Origin: the human T2T-CHM13v2.0 reference genome, Homo sapiens
Assembly: GCF_009914755.1 (NCBI RefSeq)
Contig: NC_060940.1
Reading direction: 5' to 3' (one strand)
DNA: 64,000 bases
A program made the position numbers and the translations under genes. Position 1 is the stretch's first letter; every line of letters begins with the position of its first letter. Positions 53,461-64,000 of the stretch are shown here, one piece after another. The notes beneath the pieces are model-generated. The model ran no database searches. It saw nothing but the letters and a program-made list of their open reading frames with translations, and was not told the origin of the DNA.

Positions 53461-54295
53461 CATTATCCAACAGGATCTAAGAGAAATACTTTTCCTGAAT
53501 TCTTTCATTTACTTCTCATGATAACCCTGCAAGTAAGTAGTCTTTTGATCCCCATGTTACAGATGCAGAACCCAAAGCTCCATGATGTAAAGTGGCCCAG
53601 GGCTGCCTGACCACTCATGGGTAGAGGGAGCAGGAAAACCTGGTCTGGCTGATTCCAACAGCCACGCTGCTGCTGCCGCCCTCTGGCAGACGTTACAGCC
53701 AGAAGTGAGGCCTTCGTGCATTCTTCGCTGGCCTCCACCAGCCTCTCCTGAAATGCCCTCAAACAGAAAGAAGCAAGATGGCAGCTCCCTGGCTCCAGCA
53801 GACTGGGAGGGGCTGCACCCTCACTCCCCTGCCTGGGCTAGAGGCTGCAGGTGGTGGGATGAGCTGCCAGACCCAGCTGGCTCTTTCCCCCTGGAATGGC
53901 CTCGAAGAGCACCGTCTCCCAGAGGCCATGGGCCTTACTCTGCTGGAGTAGTTCCTTTCTTGGGAAACCCCCCCAGCATTCCTGAATTCACAGCTTTTGG
54001 CAGCAGAGACCTCCTTGCAGTATTCCTTGTCCTAAGAGCCTGTACCCTCAGGTGTCCTTCAACACTTGGTTTCACCTGAGCCTCTCTTCCCTGCCACAGA
54101 ACAGGCCAACCCCCTCCATGCAGCTTGCAGGCCAGTCTCCCACCCTCCTTTTCAGTCACATGTTTCCTAGCATCCCCGTGCCACCTGACTGCACACTGCT
54201 GCCTACACTCCCTGTGGATTTCCTGTCTTGAGTGCCCTCACTCTTGCCACTTCCTCTGCTTAGAATTTCTACCTGTCTCTCCATGAAGCTAACCC

Positions 54296-54767
54296 CAGGG
54301 TGATCAACCACCCCTGTTTGCCCACAACTAAGGGGCATATGGTTTGCCTGTGTCCCAACCCAAATCTCATCTTGAATTGTAGCTCCCATAGTTCCCACAT
54401 GTTGTGGGAGGGACCCTGTGGGAGATAATTCAATGACGGGGGCAGTTTCCCCCACACTGTTCTCCTGGTAGTGAAGAAGTCTCAAGAGATCTGATGATTT
54501 TATAAGGGGTTTCCCCTTTCACTTGGTTGTCACTTCTGTCTTGTCTGCCGCCATGTAAGACATGCCTTTGGCCTTCCGCCATGATTGTGAGGCCTCCCCA
54601 GCCACATGGAACAGTGAATCTATTCAACCTCCTTTTCTTTATAAATTACCCAGTCTCGGGTATGTCTTTATCAGCAGCGTGAGAACAATAGGGTTTCCTG
54701 GGATGCAGGATTTTCAGTCCTCACACCAGGAGAGTCCCAGACAAGGTGGGGCAAATTGGTGACCCTA
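54296..54767. mobile_element. MER94/MER81-like hAT-Blackjack fossil, split by THE1
   Basis: Inverted termini cagggtgatcaa...ttggtgacccta. Confidence 0.65.
54335..54690 (+). mobile_element. THE1 (B/C-like) solo LTR
   Basis: atatggtttgcctgtgtcccaacccaaatctcatcttgaattgtagctccc...ataaattacccagtctcgggtatgtctttatcagcagcgtgagaac. Confidence 0.92.
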
Positions 54768-54912
54768 GTCATTAGTAAGATTAAAAGAGAATCCACGTGA
54801 AGAGATCAGAAATGCTCGTGGCCCGCGTGAGTGTTGACTAACAACCTGGAGACCGCCACCCCCCACCGTCACCCTCACCCCGCGAGCACTGTCTGTTCAG
54901 CTTGCAGGGGGC

Positions 54913-55003
54913 AAGACTTAAACACAGTAGGTGCCAACAGTCAGGGATGAGGCCCAGCAGGAGAAAGACTTAAACACAGTAGGTGCCAACAGTCAGGGAT
55001 GAG
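54913..55003. repeat. Exact 39-bp direct duplication with 13-bp spacer
   Basis: aagacttaaacacagtaggtgccaacagtcagggatgag at 54913 and 54965. Confidence 0.97.
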
Positions 55004-55773
55004 AAGCATGACAGCCGGGTGTGAACACAGGCACAGGGAGACAAGGAAGGGAGGGGCAAGGGTCTGGCCCCAAAAATGCACGCAGCAGCTCCCTGTTTCT
55101 CAAGCACAGAGCGAGTCCTAGAGCCTCAATCTCCCAAAATGCCTCTCTCAGCTCTGGAACCAGCCCTGGGGCCGCAGGAGTGGCCTTGTCTCCACCTTCC
55201 CACAGGATATTCCCCTGCCGCGCTCTGAGTGACTGTTATGAGATAAAATCAACACTTAATTAAAAACCACTGCCTCTGCAGAGGTGTTATTTGTTTATGT
55301 ATTTTTCAGTGCATCTTCAAACAGTGACATTTAAATGTGACGAGCAGTCGGTGGAGAAAACAAATGAAATAGAGGCATGGTGTGTACAGCTTTCTCTAGT
55401 CATCTTCCGGATGGGTTCAATACTTTTTATCCTTATTGGCCGCTGCTTCTCGTTTCTTTGAAAGCTATAGATGTTTTGCGTTTTTGTGGTGTTTAGGACT
55501 TTCTTTGAAAGCAGTGACGCTACCCTAGAGTATCCATCTCTCCTGTGAGGTTTCTCTGCCTGGAGATGATGGACAATTTGTAATAATGCTGACTGTCTCC
55601 CTCTGATTGAAGCTGTCAATACTGAGAAAAGGCATTTGTTAAATTGCAAAGGGTCTTTTGCTTATTCCCTGTGCGACCTCTAGCAAGTCAGTGAAGCCCT
55701 CTGAGCCTTGCTGTCTTCATGTGTAAAATGGGTCTATCAAAAGGACAAGCACGCAGGAGGCGCAGGAACTCAC

Positions 55774-55917
55774 CACGGCACTGCAGGATGCCATCTCCTT
55801 GACCCGCAGCATGACCTCCTGGCTGAACGTGGTGGGCCAGAAGACCTGCGACACCAGCCCCCTGCTGCAGGCCTCCTGGGCGGTGAGCTTCCGCCCACAG
55901 AACAGCATCTCATTGGC
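55774..55917 (-). CDS. CDYL2: CDYL2 penultimate coding exon (144 bp, phase 0-0)
   Basis: Acceptor ctttttcag|GCC AAT GAG and donor GTG|gtgagt. Translates ANEMLFCGRKLTAQEACSRGLVSQVFWPTTFSQEVMLRVKEMASCSAVV, in frame with both flanking exons. Confidence 0.97.
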
Positions 55918-57429
55918 CTGAAAAAGCAAAAGCAGGCAAAGACTGAGGGCCTGGAGGTCCACCCATGTCCCTCAGCTGGTCCAGGGCTTGCCACCTGCAA
56001 CCATCCCAGTTCTGGAAGGCATCTTGCCTTCCAGATCCTTATCTTATTTTGGGGTCAGATAAGCTTTGGGAATTGTATGGAAATGTTCGTGTGCATGAGC
56101 AGAAGGTCCACAGCTTTCATTAAATTCCCCAAAGGAGCTGTGTATTTACTGTGACTCTGTATGCCCCACACCCCTCCCCATTTCTGGTGGCAGACCCATG
56201 GGCATGGGTTGTGGGTTGGGAAGATTTCAGAGCCGATGACCCAGCCGTGATGACATCATTGGCACTGAAATGCACACAGCCCACAACAGCCCAGGGAGAA
56301 AGAGATGCTCCCTTCTAGATAATAAAGCTCAAGTGGGGTTTCCAGCTGCAGGTGTGGTGGAAAAGTCTTTCTTCCTCTGTGACTGCAGGCTAACATCAGT
56401 GAGCCCAAGGACCATCCATGGCTGTGTCCCGGCCTGTGGAGAGGTGGGGCTACAAGGAAAGGAGAAATAGGGGAAGAGAGAGAGAGAGAGAAAGATTAAG
56501 AGAAAGAGAGAGAGACCTGATGGTACTTGAATTCCCCAGCCCTGTCTCCCCAAGGGAACTGCCACTTCTGCTTTCCAGCTGGGAGAACCATTAAGCTCCT
56601 TTTTTAAAAATTAAACTGGTTAAAGCACTTCCATCACTGGCAGCCAAAAAGGTCGTGAATAACACCACAATACCAAGGCAGAGACGTGCATCTCTCCAAG
56701 CAGCTCAGGGCTGGGCAAGGGCACTGCCCAGTCTTGAAGGGCAGAGAGCAATCTTCCCTGGGGTCTGGTGACCTGGGATATCTCTGTACCACACTCCCCA
56801 GAGAATTTCCTTTTGCTTTGAAATTTTCAGCTGTCATACAAGGTCTGGGAGGAGCTATATAGATAAAGTCCTGCACAGACAGAGAACATGATAGTAATGA
56901 GCTGCAACTGACAGACAGTGACTGATAATTAGGGCATAATGGTCAAATCCATGTGATAGGGTCCGCACGGCCGGCAACGCCTTCCCCACCTGCTCTTCTC
57001 TCCTGCCTCTACATGCTAGCTCCTCTCGGGTTGACGCTGAAATGCCAGGCACTCTCAGGCCTCCAGAGCTATGCGTAAGTTCCCCCACTGAGTTCTGGTT
57101 GTGTCACTGATGGTTCGTGATGACCCAGAGGACAATCTTTCACGCCAGAGTAGAGGGCAATCTTTTATGTCGATAATAAGTCTTAGCATATGCTTGCTTG
57201 GTTCAAGATTTGAACACAAATGGAGGACTTGATACTTTCTGAAGAACACCTCAGTCAAATGAACTCAGCAGAAGTTCGCTGGGAGAAGGGGCAAATGGCC
57301 ATATCTGCTCCAATGAACCTGGATTCAGATCCACTGGAAGCTACTCCCTGGCAGGTGTGAGTTACAAGGCGAGGCCCCCATTCATACGGAAAGGCTCCTG
57401 GCCACCCCTCAGACACCATACCCTGCAGT

Positions 57430-58418
57430 GCCCTCTTTGAAGAGAGAACTTAGGGGTATTATCCAGAAGCCTAAGGATTCAGAGAGAAAGGGGGATTCTT
57501 GGGTGGAGGTAGGGTGTCCCTGGTAAAGACCCATAAAATTAACAAACAACCCACTCTAGAGCTAAGAAAACGAACATAAACATAGTTTAGTCACTGACGT
57601 GTGACTCTGGGCAAGTCACTTAACGTCACAAAGCCTCAATCTTCTCTGCTGTCCAGGAGGCATCATGACAGCACCAAGCTCCCAGCACAGAGGCAAGGTT
57701 AACTGAGAGGTGCTTAGAACAGGGCCTGGTAGTGCAGAAGGGGTAGCAAAAATTTGCTATTTTTGTATGGTTGGTGATGTTATTTTCAAAACAGAACAAG
57801 GGGGAATATCAAGGAAGGAAAAGGGACAATGCTTATCAGCCTCACTATTGCAACAAAAGCAGGACTTGAGAGATGAGAAGAATGGGCTTGCAGGCCCTCA
57901 GATGGAAACAATGGGGGATGGAACTGCAAAGGAAGACGAGGAAGAAATCCAGTGTAAAAGCACCTGCCCTTCCACAGGTGCTTGCCTAGGTGCAACAGCC
58001 ACAGTCCTGAGAATGTGCGGAGCTGCCTCAAGAGCATGAGAGTAATGTCAAAGGTGGGTGTTGACCTTCCGATAAAATCAAGACATCAAAAGAAACATCC
58101 TGGAGTCTGTTCCTAAAAAGGAACAATTCACAATAGCCGTGGGGCCACAATGGACTGCTCTCTTTTGAAGAGGGAACTTAAGGGTATTATCCAGAAGCCT
58201 AAGGACTCAGAGAGAAAGGAGATTCTTGGGCAGAGGTAGGGTGTCCCTGGTGAAGACCCATAAAATTAACAAAAAACCCATGCTAGAGCTAAGAAAACAA
58301 GAACATAAACAGAGTTTAGTCACTGGCATGTGACTCTGGGCAAGTCACTTAACGTCACAAAGCCACAATCTTCTCTGCTGTCCAAGAGGCATGATGACAG
58401 CACCAAGCTCCCAGCACA
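57430..58418. repeat. ~260-bp interspersed direct duplication (57430-57689 / 58157-58418)
   Basis: Manual alignment shows about 17 substitutions and 2-3 small indels. Confidence 0.95.
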
Positions 58419-59639
58419 CTTTGCAGGGCCGGGAGCCAGCACTCGGCTTTTTCTCTGGGGTTGTAGAGTTTGGCCCTGTCACCTAAGGGGTGCTTCTCTG
58501 GCACTTTTGTGGGTCTCCTATGACCTATGACATCTGCTGGCAGATGCCCCCAGTGGACCCCGGGCAGACCTTGCTGAGGCAGGCACAACACAGAAGGCCC
58601 AGCACCCTCCCCGGCATGCCAGGCTCGCAGGGGCCACTCCACGCCACTGCCATGGCCTCATCCCTCGCCCTCTCCCCACCATCCTCACCAGGCCCCAGCC
58701 ACACTGACCTGACCACTCTCAACCCAGGGCCTGCCAGGCCCACTCCCTACCCTGTTCTTCCCTTCATGCATCCTCTGCCTGGAATTCTTGCGTCTGTTCA
58801 AATGTCACCTGCTCAAAGGGGTCCTCTCTGAACAAGGTGGGACCTCCTTCCAAGACAGAGAGCTGGGGAATAGAAGGTCTGAAGAGCAGGGTTTTTGTTC
58901 ACCCCTGCACTCCTGGTGGGTGTGGCGAGCCGGGCACTTAGTGGATTTGCAGTATTTGAAGAAAGGGAGAGGAAAAAGGGAGCTGACTGGCTAGAGGGGG
59001 CTGGAAGGAGGGGACTCCCTGAGAACCTTCTGAGATCCAGATGGGACCCGTGCTTATGAAATAAGGATTAGCCCATCAGAGCTGAATTCAGAGTTTGTGG
59101 CTGCTCTGAACAGCAGAGGCTGCCTGAGAGTCCACAGGGGAGGAGCCGTCAAAGGAAGCCCAGACCCAGCAGCGTGGTGCCTCCAACGCCTACTCGGACC
59201 AGCTACATGTTCTGAACCCCTCCCTGGTCCTGACAGCTAATCTCAGATTAACCCCTCAGATGTGGGACCTATTTAATAACAGGCTGGGTTCGGAGCACAG
59301 ACAGTGGAACCAGCCAGTTCGTGCTCAAATCCCACAACTGGCACTACCACTGCATGCCTTTAGACAACTCACTAAACCTCTCTAGCCTCAGTCTCCACAT
59401 CCGCAAAATGGGGATCACAGCTGTCCTGCCTCACAGGGGCGTGGACGGCGTTGACAGCCCAGCCCAGCACACAGCAAGTGCTTCCTACGTGCCAGCTGTC
59501 ATCAGTGCTCTCCCCTGTCCAGACTTGCTTCTGGATGTTGGTGCAGAATCTGACCACAGCTTACAGTGGACTCCGCCGCCTCTGTTGGACAGTGGCTCTG
59601 TCTGCCCCACCTGGTGACACGACTTCTCTGAGCTTAACG

Positions 59640-60056
59640 TTCCATCTGTAAGATGGAAATCGCAATCGTTTCCACATGGGGTGGAGACTGCTTTGTGTCC
59701 ACTGAATCCTTTCCCTCTTCTTGCTGGACATGCGCTGGGCTGCGTCTCCCGGCCTCCCTTGCAGGCGCATGTGACCAGAAGCTGAGTCATGGCCAATACC
59801 ACATGAGTGGAGGGGAAGACGCCCCTGCCGGCCTGGCCCATGAAGCCCTCCAGGGTGATGCTTCTGGCTCTCTCTTCTCTCCCATTGGCTGGAAGTGAGG
59901 GCACATTTACTGGACGGGAGACACCTGGGTCCCCAGAGAGTGTGGGTGGCCCCTACACCTATGCTGGACCACTCAAGAGGATGAAGGCAAGTTTTGTTGT
60001 TAAAGCCACTGAGACCGTGGGCTGCTTGTCACAGCACCCAGCCAATCCTAAGACAC
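59640..60056 (+). mobile_element. Old MLT1 (G/H-like) LTR
   Basis: 3' end gttttgttgttaaagccactgagaccgtgggctgcttgtcacagca. Confidence 0.65.
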
Positions 60057-60307
60057 GCCTTCAGGGGGTTGGAGTGAGGAATAATTGAGACGCCATGCAG
60101 AGTGCATGGTCCATACACTGACATCATCGCCATCTTCTCAGGCCGGGCTACTCCATCTGGCACTGAAGGTGTGAAGGACATGAGGCAGCCAAGCCAATCT
60201 GCAGGCTGACAACACCCTCAGGTTTCTAGCCCCATGAAGAGCCCCTAAACCCAAGGCAGAGGAAGGATCCTGCTGGGACCCGAATCCAGGTATCACAGGA
60301 GGCTTAC

Positions 60308-60518
60308 CAGCGCGACGCCCAGGATCTGGGGGAAGGTGTAGGAGGAGCAGCCAGCAGGCGTGAGGCGGATGGTGGCGTAGGGCGTCTGGAACCAGGCCTT
60401 CTCACTGGCCCACACGATGTCACAGAGGGGCAGGATGGAGGCACCCAGGCCCAGGGCCGGCCCATTGATGGCCACCACGATAGGCTTCTTAAACTGGATA
60501 AAGGCCTTCACAAAGTCC
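60308..60518 (-). CDS. CDYL2: CDYL2 internal coding exon (third from last; 211 bp), crotonase/enoyl-CoA hydratase-like domain
   Basis: Acceptor tttctctcccag|G GAC TTT GTG and donor CTG|gtaagc. Translates (R)DFVKAFIQFKKPIVVAINGPALGLGASILPLCDIVWASEKAWFQTPYATIRLTPAGCSSYTFPQILGVAL, recognised as CDYL2. Upstream exons lie beyond the window end. Confidence 0.97.
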
Positions 60519-61860
60519 CTGGGAGAGAAAGAAGATCCTCTTGAACAGGTGACTATAGCATGCTAAGCCCCACTGGAACCCTTGACTCTCCCAGGTGCTG
60601 TGAGGAGCACCCTCAGGTCGTCAGAGGTTAGAGGTGCCAGGCAAGGGCCTCATTGCCTGGACATGGAACCACCAGCTGTCAGATTTTCTGAGGTATACTG
60701 ATGGGGTCACTGCATGTCCTGGTTTGCTCAGATTGCCCCAGTTCATGCCCCATGTCCTAGCACTGCACCCAGTTACCATCTCCTTCCACTCTCAAAAGCC
60801 ATAGCTTACACAGTAAGTTATATGGGCACCCTAGATATTGACAGAATTTCTATATATCCTAAGGAAGTCAACCTGAATGTTAAGGTGCAGAAGCAGAACC
60901 ACAGGGAAGGTGTAACAGGGAGGCATATTTCAACTCAAAGAGAGAAAGAATGTTCTAACATCTCTGGCCAAAGGTGAATGGAGTGGCTTTGTGGGGTATG
61001 AATTCCTCATTCCTGGAGGTATTTGCATTTTAGCTCAATGATTATGCTGGGTGATGCTGTAGAGGGACTTCAAGCTTCAGATGGTGGGTACATGTTGGGA
61101 TTGATGACATTTTTCTTTCAAAAATCACACCTAGGATGGTCTGATTCTGAATTACCTGCAGGGATGCCAGACTCATCAAGGGTGGTTCTAAAATGCTGAA
61201 TATGTTAGGATGGCTCTGACTAAAATTGGGTTCCCTGTAGGAAGGAGCTACAATCCTGGCTACAAGACTGGGCAATATTTTCTCTCCCTGCCCTTCTGCA
61301 CTGAGCAAGGCATGTACCTTTACCAATTACACAGAGCCATCAACAATGACCTGTATTTCCTTTGCCTCAGAAGGCTTTTTGCCTTTTCCTAGTTGCTATG
61401 TATGATCTATAAAATTTTAATATTCATCTGGACATGGAGGAAAGACACAAGATGTCTAGTAAAGTCTGCATCCTTCGTTACTTTCAGAGGAAAGATTAGA
61501 AACTATAAGAACTCACAAGAATAAAATCCAAATGCCCATTACGTTGGTCTGACCTTGGCCTGACCTTGACCTGCCTCAGCTTACCTCTCCAGGTTTCCCT
61601 CACATCACTCTTGCCCCTGCTCACTGTGCATGAGCCACATGGGCCTCTGAGAGTTCTCAGAAAAACACCATTATCAGAATTTGCAATCACCCTAACTATT
61701 TGCTTGTTTTTGGATTCTTCTTCCCCTTTAGCTCCTTAAGGACACCCAGAGGTCTGCCTGGGGCACCGCTTGGCTTCCATCAATATTGGAATTAGCACTC
61801 AGTAAACAGCTGTTGAGCAAATACATGAGTCTCCCAGAACAAGAACAAAGACTGCAGAGG

Positions 61861-62257
61861 TGTGGCAATGGTGAACCAGCTCTTCACCAAACCTGTTTTC
61901 CCTCTTCTTCCCAGGTCTGCTGGCCGGCCACATTTCCCGTCTCCGACTGCATGTGGCTGTGGCCAAGTCACCAAGTGCTGGCCAAACAGGATGTGAGCAA
62001 AAACCCACCAGTACCACTTCCAGGTGCACATCAAACCTCCCACCATGGCGTCCTCCAAGCCCATTCATCTTGATGGGCACAGCAGTCTTGGAAGACATTT
62101 GCCGAGCCACAAGATGGAAGAAGTCTAGGTTCCTGAGTCACCAATGGGAAGACAGCCACAGGCTGATGGTGACATCTATTTTAGGTTCATGTATGTGAGA
62201 AGTACATTACTATATATGAGGCTTACTTGTTACAACAGCTAATACTTAACTAATACA
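61861..62257 (+). mobile_element. Old MLT1 (H-like) LTR
   Basis: gagccacaagatggaagaagtctaggttcctgagtcacc...ttgttacaacagcta...ttaactaataca. Confidence 0.7.
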
Positions 62258-62265
62258 AAAGTCGA

Positions 62266-62598
<333 letters not shown>

Positions 62599-63819
62599 TC
62601 AATACTGTTCCTTCCCCCAAGTCTTATCAAAAGTTGTGGATATCATAATGATATACTGGGATCAGATTCAACTGCGAGAAGTCTACTTAATGTTCTGCGG
62701 GGGTAGAAGGTATCTTACGATCTATGTAAGTCATCATAAAAGTACGTGCCTCTGACTCATGCTTGAGGCATCACATTCCCTAAGATGGTGGAGTTAGCTC
62801 TCAGTCCCTGCTGGCCCCCAAAAGGTACTACTTCAGAGAGGGAGTTCTGGCTCCATGACTTCTGAAGCTTGGTATTCCAGTGGCCCATCTCCTGACATCA
62901 CTCACTTCCTAACCTAATGGTGAGGTTTTCGGTTAGGTCACTGGTTTTTGCAAGTGCTTTTCACTGAAAGCAATTTGGGGTCTGCGGGGGATATTGACTT
63001 TTTTGGAGAATCCTTAGGGGTTTGGATGATTTTTGTCAAACATCCCATTCCTGAGTGACCTCATACAATTCCAGAGTCTTAGATCTCAGAGGTGGGAAGG
63101 ACTTTAGGACTCATGGGACCGTATCTTCCACTCGGTGCAGAATTCCCTCCATAACATTCCAACGATGCATCATTCCGCCTCTGCTGGACGTTTTTAATAA
63201 AAGAGGGTCCGTGCCTGTCAAGACAGCCTCCCTGCTGTGGGTCTCCTGTAAGCCTCTCTGATACTGTTGCCACCTCAGCTCCATCAACCACATGACATCC
63301 TTCAGGAATGGACTGCAGCCCTTGTGACTTTCCAGAGCTTTCCTCTGCAGGACCCCAGAGCCTTTCATTCTGTGTTTTCCAACCTGAGATCCATGAAACG
63401 GAATCAGGGACGCAAGGGAAAGGGGACCAGGCGTGCAGAGCTCTGACCCTCCGCCCCAGCCCCTCCTGTGTCATCCAATCTGCCTCGCACTTCATTTCCT
63501 TGATATGAAAATGTCACCCGATGTTTAATGAAGGCCACCCCCCATCCTCTTTCTCTCACCTCGGGCAGTAGATCTCTATCACTGGGAGCCAAGCAGCAAA
63601 CAGGATATTGCATTACGGGCCCTGCAGCTCCGATATCTGATCCTTCTGCGATGGCGGGGCTGCGTGGGGAAAACTGTACGCCACCTTCCCCCACATCCAA
63701 GGCCATCAGGCTGACCTGACCCACACAGCTTCCTCTGCTCTACCCGACCCCTGTGGCTTCTGCCTGACAAAGCTGCTGGGCTGCACTGATGTGGCAGAAG
63801 GAGCAACAACTTCAGAATC

Positions 63820-64000
63820 TGAAAGACTCAGAGTGAAGTCTCAGTTCTGCCCCTAACTAATGGTGAGACCTTGGACAGGGTGCCTGGTCTCTGGAGCCTC
63901 ACTTTCTCCCTCTGTAAAATGGGAAAATCAATGATGTTGCCCCAGATAGGGAGCTGAATAAGAATCCAAGGAGACGGTCCATGCAGGGTGCTAGCCCAGT
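63820..64000 (+). mobile_element. MIR
   Basis: gaccttggacaggg...ctctggagcctcactttctccctctgtaaaatggg. Confidence 0.7.

Noticed and set aside
54593-54605. PRDM9 hotspot motif position within THE1
   Set aside because: It reads CCTCCCCAGCCAC, lacking the T at position 7 of CCTCCCTNNCCAC.
46739-55003. Short direct repeats (26-bp and 39-bp) considered as CRISPR-like arrays
   Set aside because: Only 2-3 copies, no series of unique spacers, no cas genes, mammalian context.
55317-55649. 110-aa minus-strand ORF in the last intron, considered as an alternative terminal exon
   Set aside because: No convincing acceptor or poly(A) signal identified and no recognisable homology.

Overview
Primate, almost certainly human, genomic DNA (Alu, L1, L2, MIR, MaLR/ERV LTRs, hAT DNA transposons). 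The right third holds the 3' end of CDYL2 (chromodomain Y-like 2) on the minus strand. Three GT-AG coding exons (60518-60308, 55917-55774, 52228-52070) encode the C-terminal crotonase-like domain, followed by an inferred ~6.5 kb 3' UTR ending near an AATAAA at 45607-45602. From recall this is chr16q23.2, just beyond DYNLRB2; that placement was not checked. The left ~45 kb is repeat-rich non-coding DNA, and nearly all ORF-track entries are repeat or chance ORFs. There is no prokaryote-type system (no CRISPR, operon or intact transposase). Best candidates for something undescribed: (1) a 26-bp unit triplicated in the distal CDYL2 3' UTR, each copy complementary to nt 1-11 of miR-338-3p, near miR-9 and miR-124 8mers and two miR-219 sites, with candidate proximal poly(A) signals that could remove the module; (2) locally templated duplications, including a chimeric insert stitched from two non-adjacent templates 2 kb away; (3) twin 34-bp G4-prone minisatellites carrying the PRDM9 motif. 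Repeat subfamily names and miRNA sequences are from memory and need database confirmation.
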